From: Bacillota bacterium
GTDB taxonomy: Bacteria > Bacillota > Clostridia > Christensenellales > Aristaeellaceae
Assembly: GCA_023404715.1 (NCBI GenBank)
Contig: JAEYAR010000170.1
Location: forward strand, 5,144 to 69,143
DNA: 64,000 nt
Reading direction: 5' to 3'
Shown here in pieces: positions 56,763 through 64,000 of the stretch. The position numbers and the translations under genes are program-made. The notes below the pieces were generated by a model. The model was given only the letters and a program-made list of their open reading frames with translations. It was not told the DNA's origin and ran no database searches. The first letter of the stretch is position 1; every line of letters begins with the position of its first letter.

Positions 56763-58459
56763 CTTTTAGAATCCTCCTTGTCCGCATGGCGCAGGATGCG
56801 CGCCGCGTACCGCTTAATCATTCGCGGGGGCACATCCCGCTTGCGGCCCACCTTCTCGGCTGTGACCGCGTGCCCGCTCATCTGGTGATAGGCGTATTCG
56901 AGCGCCGCCATCCACACGTCGGGCCGTCGCATCGCGCCCTGCGGCGCCTCGCTGCGCACAAAGTCCGCCCACAGATCCGCCACCCGATCGCCCACGTCGC
57001 CGTAGATGGGGGAAAGGCGCTGAACCACCGCCTGCAGCACGCGCTCGTATGCGGGCGAGAGCGGCTTCGTCGACACGCCCGTGCGTACCGTGATGCGCAC
57101 CATCCGTCCGTCAATATCCGCGTAGAGCGGTCCGCGTTCGCCCATCACGCCCAGCGCCGTCATCGCCTCGCGCTTGACCTCGTCCGCGACGGCCGCGTCC
57201 GTCAGCATATCGCAAAGCAGCAGCTTGACGCGCGGGCAATCCACGCGCGCGAGCGCGCGCAAAACGGTTCTCCATATGTCCGTCCCCGGAAGCTGCACGT
57301 GTAGCAGCCATTCGAGCGTCTGATAAAACGCGTCGTCCGTCTCGATCCGCTCCATGAGCTGCACCGGGTCGCCGACTAGCTGCGTACCCAAATCGATCAG
57401 CCACATGAGCGATACGCTCTGGGGCGGCTGCCCGCTGTAGCTGACGCGCGCGTCGCCCTTTGCAGGCTCCTGCTCGTCGCCGCCGGCAAGGCGTTCCTTG
57501 GCGATGCGGAAAAATGCGCTGTAGACGGGGTCCTGCGGGAAGATACGGCATAGATGTCCCCAAACGCGCGCGGCCTCGCGCACGTGGCCCAGATTCAACG
57601 CGGCCGCCGCCAGCAGGTGCTGTACCCGCGGCACATAGGGCTGAAAGGCGCTAAGCGCCCGCAGCTGCCTGTACGCCATCGCATCCAGCCCCATATCGCA
57701 GGCGCTCTGGCTCAGCAGCATGAGCTCGGCTGGATCGGGGTGCTCAGCCTCCGCGCTTTCCAGTACGCGCACCGCCTGCGCCCGCGCGCCGCAGGCGTAT
57801 TGCGCGCACGCAAGCGCGCAGATCGCACGGATGTCTCCCTTCGCGTCCTCATACGCGCGCTTGGCGTAGCGTAGCGCCTGCTTGGCGCGGCCCTGCATCA
57901 GGTAGCAAAAGGACAGCACGGTCAGCGCCTCCACGCCGCCGCCCGTATTCACGGCCCGGATGAGCAGTCGCTGCGCGCGCTCGCTCTGCCCCTGCTCCAG
58001 CGCCCGCAGCCCCCTGCGCATGAGCTGCTCGCTGTGTTCATTTTTCGCGTCGCCTTGATCGAGCACTTCCTCCGCCGTCTCGACCAGTTCCTGCGCATCC
58101 AGCGCAAAATCCCCGTCCGGCTCTTCGCTCAGGTACATCAGCGCCATATGGCGCGCCCTTTCCACGTCCTGCAGGGCGAAGTAGTTGCCCGCAATCGCGT
58201 ACAGGCACTCCCCTTTCATCTCGCCCTTTTGCAAAAGGCGCATCAAGATCCGGTTGGACGCCTCGCAGCAGCCCATCTCGTTAAAGATCTCGGCGATCTC
58301 CATCTCGAGCTCGGCGTCAAAAGGCGTCTTTTCCCTCGCTAGGTAGAGGAGCGTCAGCGCATCCGCATACCGTCCATCCTGACGGTTCTCCGCCGCTTTC
58401 CGGCGCAGGTAAGCGCCCGAGCGTTCAAAGGAGACGACGTTTTCCATTTGTTCGTTCAT
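56759..58459 (-). CDS. Tetratricopeptide repeat protein
   Basis: Repeated TPR helices; YLSEEPDGDFA; WMAALEY; GGAGG RBS before MNEQ. Confidence 0.8.
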   Translation of the reverse strand: MNEQMENVVSFERSGAYLRRKAAENRQDGRYADALTLLYLAREKTPFDAELEMEIAEIFNEMGCCEASNRILMRLLQKGEMKGECLYAIAGNYFALQDVERARHMALMYLSEEPDGDFALDAQELVETAEEVLDQGDAKNEHSEQLMRRGLRALEQGQSERAQRLLIRAVNTGGGVEALTVLSFCYLMQGRAKQALRYAKRAYEDAKGDIRAICALACAQYACGARAQAVRVLESAEAEHPDPAELMLLSQSACDMGLDAMAYRQLRALSAFQPYVPRVQHLLAAAALNLGHVREAARVWGHLCRIFPQDPVYSAFFRIAKERLAGGDEQEPAKGDARVSYSGQPPQSVSLMWLIDLGTQLVGDPVQLMERIETDDAFYQTLEWLLHVQLPGTDIWRTVLRALARVDCPRVKLLLCDMLTDAAVADEVKREAMTALGVMGERGPLYADIDGRMVRITVRTGVSTKPLSPAYERVLQAVVQRLSPIYGDVGDRVADLWADFVRSEAPQGAMRRPDVWMAALEYAYHQMSGHAVTAEKVGRKRDVPPRMIKRYAARILRHADKEDSKR

Positions 58460-58487
58460 GATACCTCCATATTTCGAGGCGGGATTT

Positions 58488-59387
58488 TTATAGGCGTTTC
58501 TTGCCCTCTTCGATGAGCTTTTCCAGCTCTTCGGCGGTAAAACGATATTGGCTCCGGCAAAAGTGGCAGCCGACCTCCGCGCCGCCCTGCTGCTCGATGA
58601 GGTCACGCAGCTCCTGTTCGCCCATGCTGAGCAGCACCTGCTCGATGCGCTCGCGGCTACAGTCGCACGCGAGCCTAAGCGGGGCCGTCTCGAGCACCTC
58701 GGGCTCAAGCCCCCGGAAATAGCCCTGTACCAGATCGGAAAGCGGCATGTCGCAAAGCGCCGAGCTGATCGCGCCGTACAGCTCTGAGCGGATCTCCAGC
58801 TGACCGATCAGCTCTTCCGTGCATCCGGGCATGGCCTGCACCAGCAGGCCGCCGCTGGCGCACACGTCCCGCGCCACCAACGTGCCCAGCGCGCAGAGGG
58901 AGGGCGTCTGCTCCGAGGCGGTGTAGTACATCGCAAAGTCCTCCGCCACCTCCCCGCTCACCAGGTTGACCTGGCCGACGTACGGCTCGCCAAAGCCCAT
59001 CGAGCGCATCACCGTCAGCCGTCCTTCATGCCCGAGCGCGCCGCCGACGTCGAGCTTTCCGTTCTCCTTCAGCGGCAGCTCGACCTGTGGGTTGTCGATC
59101 GTCACCTTCACGACGCCGTCCGGCCTGGCCACCGCGACGAGCGCGCCCGCCGGGCCGCCGCCGTTGATCGTGCAGGTGAGGGTATCCCCCTCGCCCTTAA
59201 GCTGCGCGCCCAGCATCGCCGCCCCGCTGATCATCCGTCCCAGCGCCGCCGTACAGACGTTGCTCGCCTGGTGTATGTCGCGCGCCTGCTGGGTCATGCG
59301 CGTCGTGTCGCATAGCATCGCGCGCGCCTGCCCGCCCATCAGGGTCAGGCGGATCAACGTATCGCGCTGCGTCATCGTATGAGGCAT
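58488..59387 (-). CDS. hslO: Hsp33 redox chaperone
   Basis: AALGR, GKLDVGGA, SGEVAEDFAMY..SEQ, CDCS...CHFC. Confidence 0.95.
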   Translation of the reverse strand: MPHTMTQRDTLIRLTLMGGQARAMLCDTTRMTQQARDIHQASNVCTAALGRMISGAAMLGAQLKGEGDTLTCTINGGGPAGALVAVARPDGVVKVTIDNPQVELPLKENGKLDVGGALGHEGRLTVMRSMGFGEPYVGQVNLVSGEVAEDFAMYYTASEQTPSLCALGTLVARDVCASGGLLVQAMPGCTEELIGQLEIRSELYGAISSALCDMPLSDLVQGYFRGLEPEVLETAPLRLACDCSRERIEQVLLSMGEQELRDLIEQQGGAEVGCHFCRSQYRFTAEELEKLIEEGKKRL

Positions 59388-59406
59388 CTTGCTCCCCTCC
59401 GCAAAT

Positions 59407-60156
59407 TCATTCATCCTGTGGTTTTTGCGCCGCAAAGTGGATGCGCTGGCAATCCCGCGCGGGCGGGCTAAAGTCGCGGTCGCCAAAGACGCGCACGTCC
59501 TCAAACCCCGCCCGATAAAGCGCCTGCGCGATTTCGTCCTGCGTATGCGCGCGCTGACGGTGCCTTTCTGCAAAGCGCCGGTAGCGCCCGTCCGCCTCGC
59601 GGACAAAGAATGTCAGATCCATATCGACCGTCTGGGACGCTTCGTCCAGCCGGTTTTGCCATAGATAGGCGATGTCTTCGCGCTCCTCGCCGTAAAACGC
59701 GTTTGCGAGCACCTGCTTTAGCTTATACGCGGACGAGATATCAAAGAACAGCCCGCCGCCGGGTCGCAGCGCTCGGTACGCCGCCGAGAAAAAAGCGCCT
59801 ACATCGCGCAGGGTCGTAAGGTAATTCACCCCGTCGCAGGTAGCGAGCACGGCGTCCACGCGCCGGCCCAGGGTCAGCGCGCGCATGTCCTGGCGCGCAA
59901 ACTGCGCCTGCACGCCCGCGCGCCGCGCCTTTTCCTGCGCCGCCTCGAGCATGCGCTGCGAAAGGTCCAGGCCGGTCACGGTAAGGCCCGCCCGGGCGAA
60001 GCGCACCGTCAGGCTGCCCGTTCCGCATGCGCACTCCGCGACGTAGCGCGGATGTTTTCCGTATATTTCCATCAGCCGAACGTAATACGCGGCCCAGGAG
60101 ACGTAATCCACGTCGTCCATGAGCCGATCGTACACGGCGGCAAAATCGCCGTACAT
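59407..60156 (-). CDS. Class I SAM-dependent methyltransferase
   Basis: FAAVYDRLMDDVDY, ECACGTG, LDLSQRML, QDMR, CDGVNYL, LRPGG. Confidence 0.92.
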   Translation of the reverse strand: MYGDFAAVYDRLMDDVDYVSWAAYYVRLMEIYGKHPRYVAECACGTGSLTVRFARAGLTVTGLDLSQRMLEAAQEKARRAGVQAQFARQDMRALTLGRRVDAVLATCDGVNYLTTLRDVGAFFSAAYRALRPGGGLFFDISSAYKLKQVLANAFYGEEREDIAYLWQNRLDEASQTVDMDLTFFVREADGRYRRFAERHRQRAHTQDEIAQALYRAGFEDVRVFGDRDFSPPARDCQRIHFAAQKPQDE

Positions 60157-60175
60157 GCTGCCTCCTAGTCGCCCG

Positions 60176-60346
60176 CTAGCCTCTGCGCCGCCGCGCCGAC
60201 ACAATGCCGCCCACGCGCCCCGACTCGGCGGCCGTAAGCCCCGCCCAGCCGACGTCCAGCACGCGGTCCATGAGGCCCAGCTCGCGCGCCACCTCGTACT
60301 TCATGCGCTCGGTGGCGGTTGGCGGGTCATAATCGATAGGTTTCAA
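60176..60346 (-). CDS. Small acid-soluble spore protein, alpha/beta-type (SspF-like), 56 aa, absent from ORF track
   Basis: TTG start after AAGGGGGGAG; MKPIDYDPPTATERMKYEVARELGLMDRVLDVGWAGLTAAESGRVGGIVSARRRRG. Confidence 0.9.
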   Translation of the reverse strand: MKPIDYDPPTATERMKYEVARELGLMDRVLDVGWAGLTAAESGRVGGIVSARRRRG

Positions 60347-60365
60347 GCCGCTCCCCCCTTGCCGC

Positions 60366-60395
60366 TATCATGCGCGCCCGTCGAGGAGTTCATAC
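60366..60395 (-). promoter_or_regulatory. sigma-G-type promoter of the SASP gene
   Basis: GTATG-N18-CATGATA. Confidence 0.7.
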
Positions 60396-60397
60396 CT

Positions 60398-61357
60398 TTA
60401 TTCGCTGCGCCCTTCGAGCTGCTTTGCCGCTTCCTCCTCTTCCTCGTCGTCGTCAAATTCGTCCTCCTTGCGTAGGCCGCGGCCGACCTGCGCGCCGTCG
60501 ATGCGGGGATTGATGAACTTGTCGAAAAACGCGTTGGCTACGGAGGCGTAGATCAGGCGCGCGAACGCATGGCCGAAGAGGATGTAGTAGAGCGCCACGC
60601 CGAGCAGAACGTAGATATTAAGCGTATACACGCCCAGCAGCAGCAGGAATACCGGAATCGCCGTCAGCAGACGAATGCCCACCATTTGCGGCAGGCGCCC
60701 GATGGCGAGCAGCAGGCCGTTGCGCAAAAGGTCGCGAAAGCGCAGCTTATAGCCGACCATCAGCGGGTACATCAGCGGCGCCATCAGCACCCAGATCAGG
60801 CAGATGAGCATGACGAGCACCTGCGCGATGACGAGGACGGGCATGCGCTTGGCCATCTCGCCGTAGAACGTAAAGCCGATATAGGCGATGAAGGGGACAA
60901 AGCCCGTAATCGTGGAGACGGCCAGCGCCTGCTTCCAGTTCTCTTTAAAAGCGTCCTTAAAGTCGCTCCATACGAACGAGTGCTGATCGCGCGCCCAATT
61001 GCGCGTGATGTACGCCGCCGCCGCGGAAGAGGGCCCGGTGATGGCGATGCAGGGGATTAGGCCGAGCAGGTACATTTGAAAGAAGCCCATCAGCGTCGCC
61101 TGTATCTGCGCCGCGCCGTCCTCCGCCTGCATCAGCGTCTCCACGTCGATCGACTGCATGGCCACGATGTTGATGTACGTCCATACGATCATGGGGATCC
61201 AGAAGACGACCTGCATCAGGTTGACGCGAAACAGCGACCAGAAGCGAACCCGCAGCACCTCCCAAAAGAGCTGAAAGCGGTTGGACGGCAGGTCGTCCTG
61301 CGTAAAGTCCGCCTTCCCTGCCTTGCCGTAGTAAAGCCTGTTGAAAAATCCGCCCAT
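60398..61357 (-). CDS. YesL/DUF624 family membrane protein
   Basis: RFWSLFRVN, ITGPSSAAAAYITRNWARD, DFKDAFKENWKQA. Confidence 0.8.
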   Translation of the reverse strand: MGGFFNRLYYGKAGKADFTQDDLPSNRFQLFWEVLRVRFWSLFRVNLMQVVFWIPMIVWTYINIVAMQSIDVETLMQAEDGAAQIQATLMGFFQMYLLGLIPCIAITGPSSAAAAYITRNWARDQHSFVWSDFKDAFKENWKQALAVSTITGFVPFIAYIGFTFYGEMAKRMPVLVIAQVLVMLICLIWVLMAPLMYPLMVGYKLRFRDLLRNGLLLAIGRLPQMVGIRLLTAIPVFLLLLGVYTLNIYVLLGVALYYILFGHAFARLIYASVANAFFDKFINPRIDGAQVGRGLRKEDEFDDDEEEEEAAKQLEGRSE

Positions 61358-61382
61358 TTGAAACGTTCCTCCCGAAAATTGC

Positions 61383-62528
61383 TTATGATTCAAACGCGAT
61401 CAGACGGCTGAATAGCTCCAGCCCGTACAGGATTGCGCGCTCGTCGAAGTCAAACGTGCACGAGTGCAGCGGAGAATGATGCTGCTCGTCCATGCAGCCG
61501 CAAAAGACGAACACTCCGGGGCGCTCGAGCTGGTAGTAGGAAAAGTCCTCCGCGATCATGCGCGGGCGCTGCGGCACGAAGGCGTCCCCCAGCAGGCCGA
61601 TCACGCGCCGCGTCTCCCGCGCGTCATTCTCGACGCAGGGATAGTAGACGTTGGATTTGAACTCGCACTGCACCGAAAACGCCGCCTCCACCGCCCGCAG
61701 GTCGCGCATGATGTGCTCCTTCAGGTCCGCGTATACCGCGTTGGAGAACGTGCGGACGATGCCTTCCAGCACGGCCTGATCCGCCAGGATGTTGCGGCGT
61801 TCGCCCGCCTGCATGTGCCCGATGGTGATCAGCGCCTGCTGGCATGGGTCGACGCACCGGGCCACGGTGGTCTGCAGCAGGGTGATCAGATGCGCCGCCG
61901 CGGCGATGGCGTCTACGCCCAGGTGCGGCATCGCGCCGTGCGCGCTGCGGCCGCGTACGATCAAGTCCATCTCGCACGTCTGCGCCATGAGCGGCCCCTC
62001 GCACGTGCCGATCTTGCCCACGGGGATGTCGGGCATCATGTGCATGCCGTACACGGCCTCGACGTGCGGGTTCTCCAGCGCGCCCTCGTCGATCATGCGC
62101 TTCGCGCCGCCGTCCGTCTCCTCCGCGGGCTGAAAGAGCAGCACGACGTCGTCCTTCAGCCTGGCCCTCTCGCGCGAGATCAGCGTCGCTAGCGCGAGCA
62201 GCCCCGCCATGTGCCCGTCGTGCCCGCAAGCGTGCATCATGCCCGCATGCTCGCTGGCAAAATCGCGGCCCGTCTCCTCGGCGATGTGCAGCGCGTCCAT
62301 ATCTGCCCGGAAGGCGATGGCCCGGCCCGAGCCGTTTCCCCTGAAAAGCGCGCGGACGCCGGTTTCGCCGCAGGGCGCGGCCTCGTCCGGCGAAAGCGCC
62401 CCCAGCGCGTCTAAAATATACGCCTGCGTCATAAACTCGCCGTGTGCCTCTTCGGGGATGCGGTGCAGCGCGCGCCTATTTTGCGTCACGCAGTCTAAAA
62501 GCGCCGCTACAGGCGCGGATAGCTCCAT
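61383..62528 (-). CDS. M20 amidohydrolase, probable N-acetyl-diaminopimelate deacetylase
   Basis: RRALHRIPE, RADMDAL, MHACGHDGH, FQPAEE, AEDFSYY; divergent from asd-dapA. Confidence 0.85.
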   Translation of the reverse strand: MELSAPVAALLDCVTQNRRALHRIPEEAHGEFMTQAYILDALGALSPDEAAPCGETGVRALFRGNGSGRAIAFRADMDALHIAEETGRDFASEHAGMMHACGHDGHMAGLLALATLISRERARLKDDVVLLFQPAEETDGGAKRMIDEGALENPHVEAVYGMHMMPDIPVGKIGTCEGPLMAQTCEMDLIVRGRSAHGAMPHLGVDAIAAAAHLITLLQTTVARCVDPCQQALITIGHMQAGERRNILADQAVLEGIVRTFSNAVYADLKEHIMRDLRAVEAAFSVQCEFKSNVYYPCVENDARETRRVIGLLGDAFVPQRPRMIAEDFSYYQLERPGVFVFCGCMDEQHHSPLHSCTFDFDERAILYGLELFSRLIAFES

Positions 62529-62770
62529 GCAGGTTCCTTCTTTCCAAAATAGCCGTTCAATGTATCGTCTTGCCCATACCGCGGGAACGTAAGGAAATCC
62601 ACAACATATCATACCACAGGAAACGCAAAAATTGAAGCACAATCCTTCAATTCCCGTCTGACCGGTTACTTTTTCCCTAAAGGGTTTGACAACGCCGCCG
62701 CGGGAATGCTATGATATGCAAAATCCAGCAGCCTTTGCGCGTGGGCGCAATGAAATGGGAGGGATTTTTG

Positions 62771-63856
62771 ATGAACGAAAAAAGACGCGTCGCCATCATC
62801 GGCGCGACCGGCATGGTCGGCCAGCGCTTTATCACGCTCCTAAGCGATCATCCGTGGTTTGAGATCAAGGTGCTCGCCGCCTCCGGCCGCAGCGCCGGCA
62901 AGACGTATGAGGAGGCGGTCGCGGGCCGTTGGGCCTTCCCCTGGCCGATCCCCGAAAAGGTGCGCGGCCTCGTCGTCAAGGACGCCGCAAACGTCCGAGA
63001 GGTCGCCGACGCGGTCGACTTTTGCTTTTGCGCGGTCGATATGAAGAAGGAGGATATCCGCGCGCTCGAGGACGCCTACGCCCGGGCGGAGACGCCCGTC
63101 GTCTCCAACAACTCCGCGCACCGCGGCACGCCGGACGTGCCCATGATCATCCCCGAGCTCAACCCCGAGCACGCGTCCGTCATCGAGCACCAGCGCAGGC
63201 GCCTGGGCACCCGCGCGGGCTTCGTGACCGTCAAGCCCAATTGTTCGATTCAGTCTTACGTGCCCGCGCTGCACGCCCTGCTACCCTTGCGCCCGATCCG
63301 AGCGGTCGTCAGCACGTACCAGGCGATCTCCGGCGCGGGCAAGACGTTTGCGCGCTGGCCCGAGATGGTCGACAACGTCATCCCCTATATCGGCGGCGAG
63401 GAAGAGAAGAGCGAGCAGGAGCCGCTCAAGATCTGGGGCAAGGTGGAGGACGGCCAGATCGTGCCCGCCAAGGCGCCCGTGATCAGCGCGCATTGCATCC
63501 GCGTCGCCGCGTCCGACGGCCACCTCGCGAGCGTATGGGCCTCCTTTGAAAAGAAGGCCGAACCGGAGGAAATCATCGAGCGCTGGCAGAATTACCGCGG
63601 AAAGCCGCAGGAGCTCGCGCTGCCCTCCGCGCCAAAACAGTTTCTCCGCTATTTTGACGAGCCCGACCGCCCCCAAACGCGCCTGGACCGCGACTATGAG
63701 CGCGGCATGGGCATCACCCTGGGCCGCCTGCGCGGCGACTCGCTATTCGACTACCGCTTCGTCGGCCTCTCGCACAACACGGTCCGCGGCGCCGCCGGCG
63801 GCGCGGTGCTCATCGCGGAGCTGCTGGTAAAGCAGGGGTATATCCCGGCGAAATAA
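62771..63856 (+). CDS. asd: Aspartate-semialdehyde dehydrogenase
   Basis: GATGMVGQRF, SNNSAHR, KPNCS, QAISGAG, SHNTVRGAAGG. Confidence 0.96.
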   Translation: MNEKRRVAIIGATGMVGQRFITLLSDHPWFEIKVLAASGRSAGKTYEEAVAGRWAFPWPIPEKVRGLVVKDAANVREVADAVDFCFCAVDMKKEDIRALEDAYARAETPVVSNNSAHRGTPDVPMIIPELNPEHASVIEHQRRRLGTRAGFVTVKPNCSIQSYVPALHALLPLRPIRAVVSTYQAISGAGKTFARWPEMVDNVIPYIGGEEEKSEQEPLKIWGKVEDGQIVPAKAPVISAHCIRVAASDGHLASVWASFEKKAEPEEIIERWQNYRGKPQELALPSAPKQFLRYFDEPDRPQTRLDRDYERGMGITLGRLRGDSLFDYRFVGLSHNTVRGAAGGAVLIAELLVKQGYIPAK

Positions 63857-63945
63857 TTTTCGCCCGATCCAATCTTGCGTTTGCTCACATCCTCCGCTGC
63901 GCAGAATAAGCTATAAGCAAAGGCTCGCGCAAGGAGGATTTTTTC

Positions 63946-64000
63946 ATGAAAAGAAAACCTGTGTTCACCGGCTCCGCGGTCGCGCTCGTGACGCCGTTCA
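63946..64000 (+). CDS. dapA: 5' end of 4-hydroxy-tetrahydrodipicolinate synthase
   Basis: AAGGAGG RBS; MKRKPVFTGSAVALVTPF; follows asd. Confidence 0.85.
   Translation, partial: MKRKPVFTGSAVALVTPF

Noticed and set aside
62529..62770. Lysine riboswitch ahead of asd
   Set aside because: The promoter (TTGACA-N18-TATGAT, 62686-62715) leaves only about 50 nt of leader, and no L-box motifs were seen
1..64000. CRISPR array, IS element, prophage or rRNA
   Set aside because: No spaced direct repeats, transposase, phage genes or rRNA sequence recognised

Overview
64 kb of a GC-rich, spore-forming Bacillota (Clostridia-like; lineage inferred from gene content and sigma-G-type promoters) chromosome. 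Housekeeping genes include dnaX, yaaA, tRNA-Leu(CAA), csp, trxA/ccdA, radA-yacL, hslO, an alpha/beta SASP gene missed by the ORF track, asd and the start of dapA. They are interspersed with regulatory and envelope-stress modules: two OmpR-type two-component systems, SdpR/SdpI, BlaI/BlaR1, ECF/anti-sigma, TetR and two c-di-GMP enzymes. The most notable region is a ~9 kb minus-strand cluster (6.5-15.5 kb) next to the tRNA. It starts with an 893-aa four-domain MerR regulator that has a textbook 19-bp-spacer MerR promoter and a probable internal in-frame start. This is followed by an Fpg/Nei-fold protein lacking the catalytic residues, two Cys-cluster BtrH_N/papain-like paralogues of the regulator's own C-terminal domain, several GyrI-like small-molecule-binding proteins and a Cys-rich V4R/DUF6144-like protein. 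I interpret this as a candidate self-inducing toxin or genotoxin sensing and sequestration system. No integrase, transposase, CRISPR array or rRNA was seen. All family calls come from motif recognition by eye, not from database searches.
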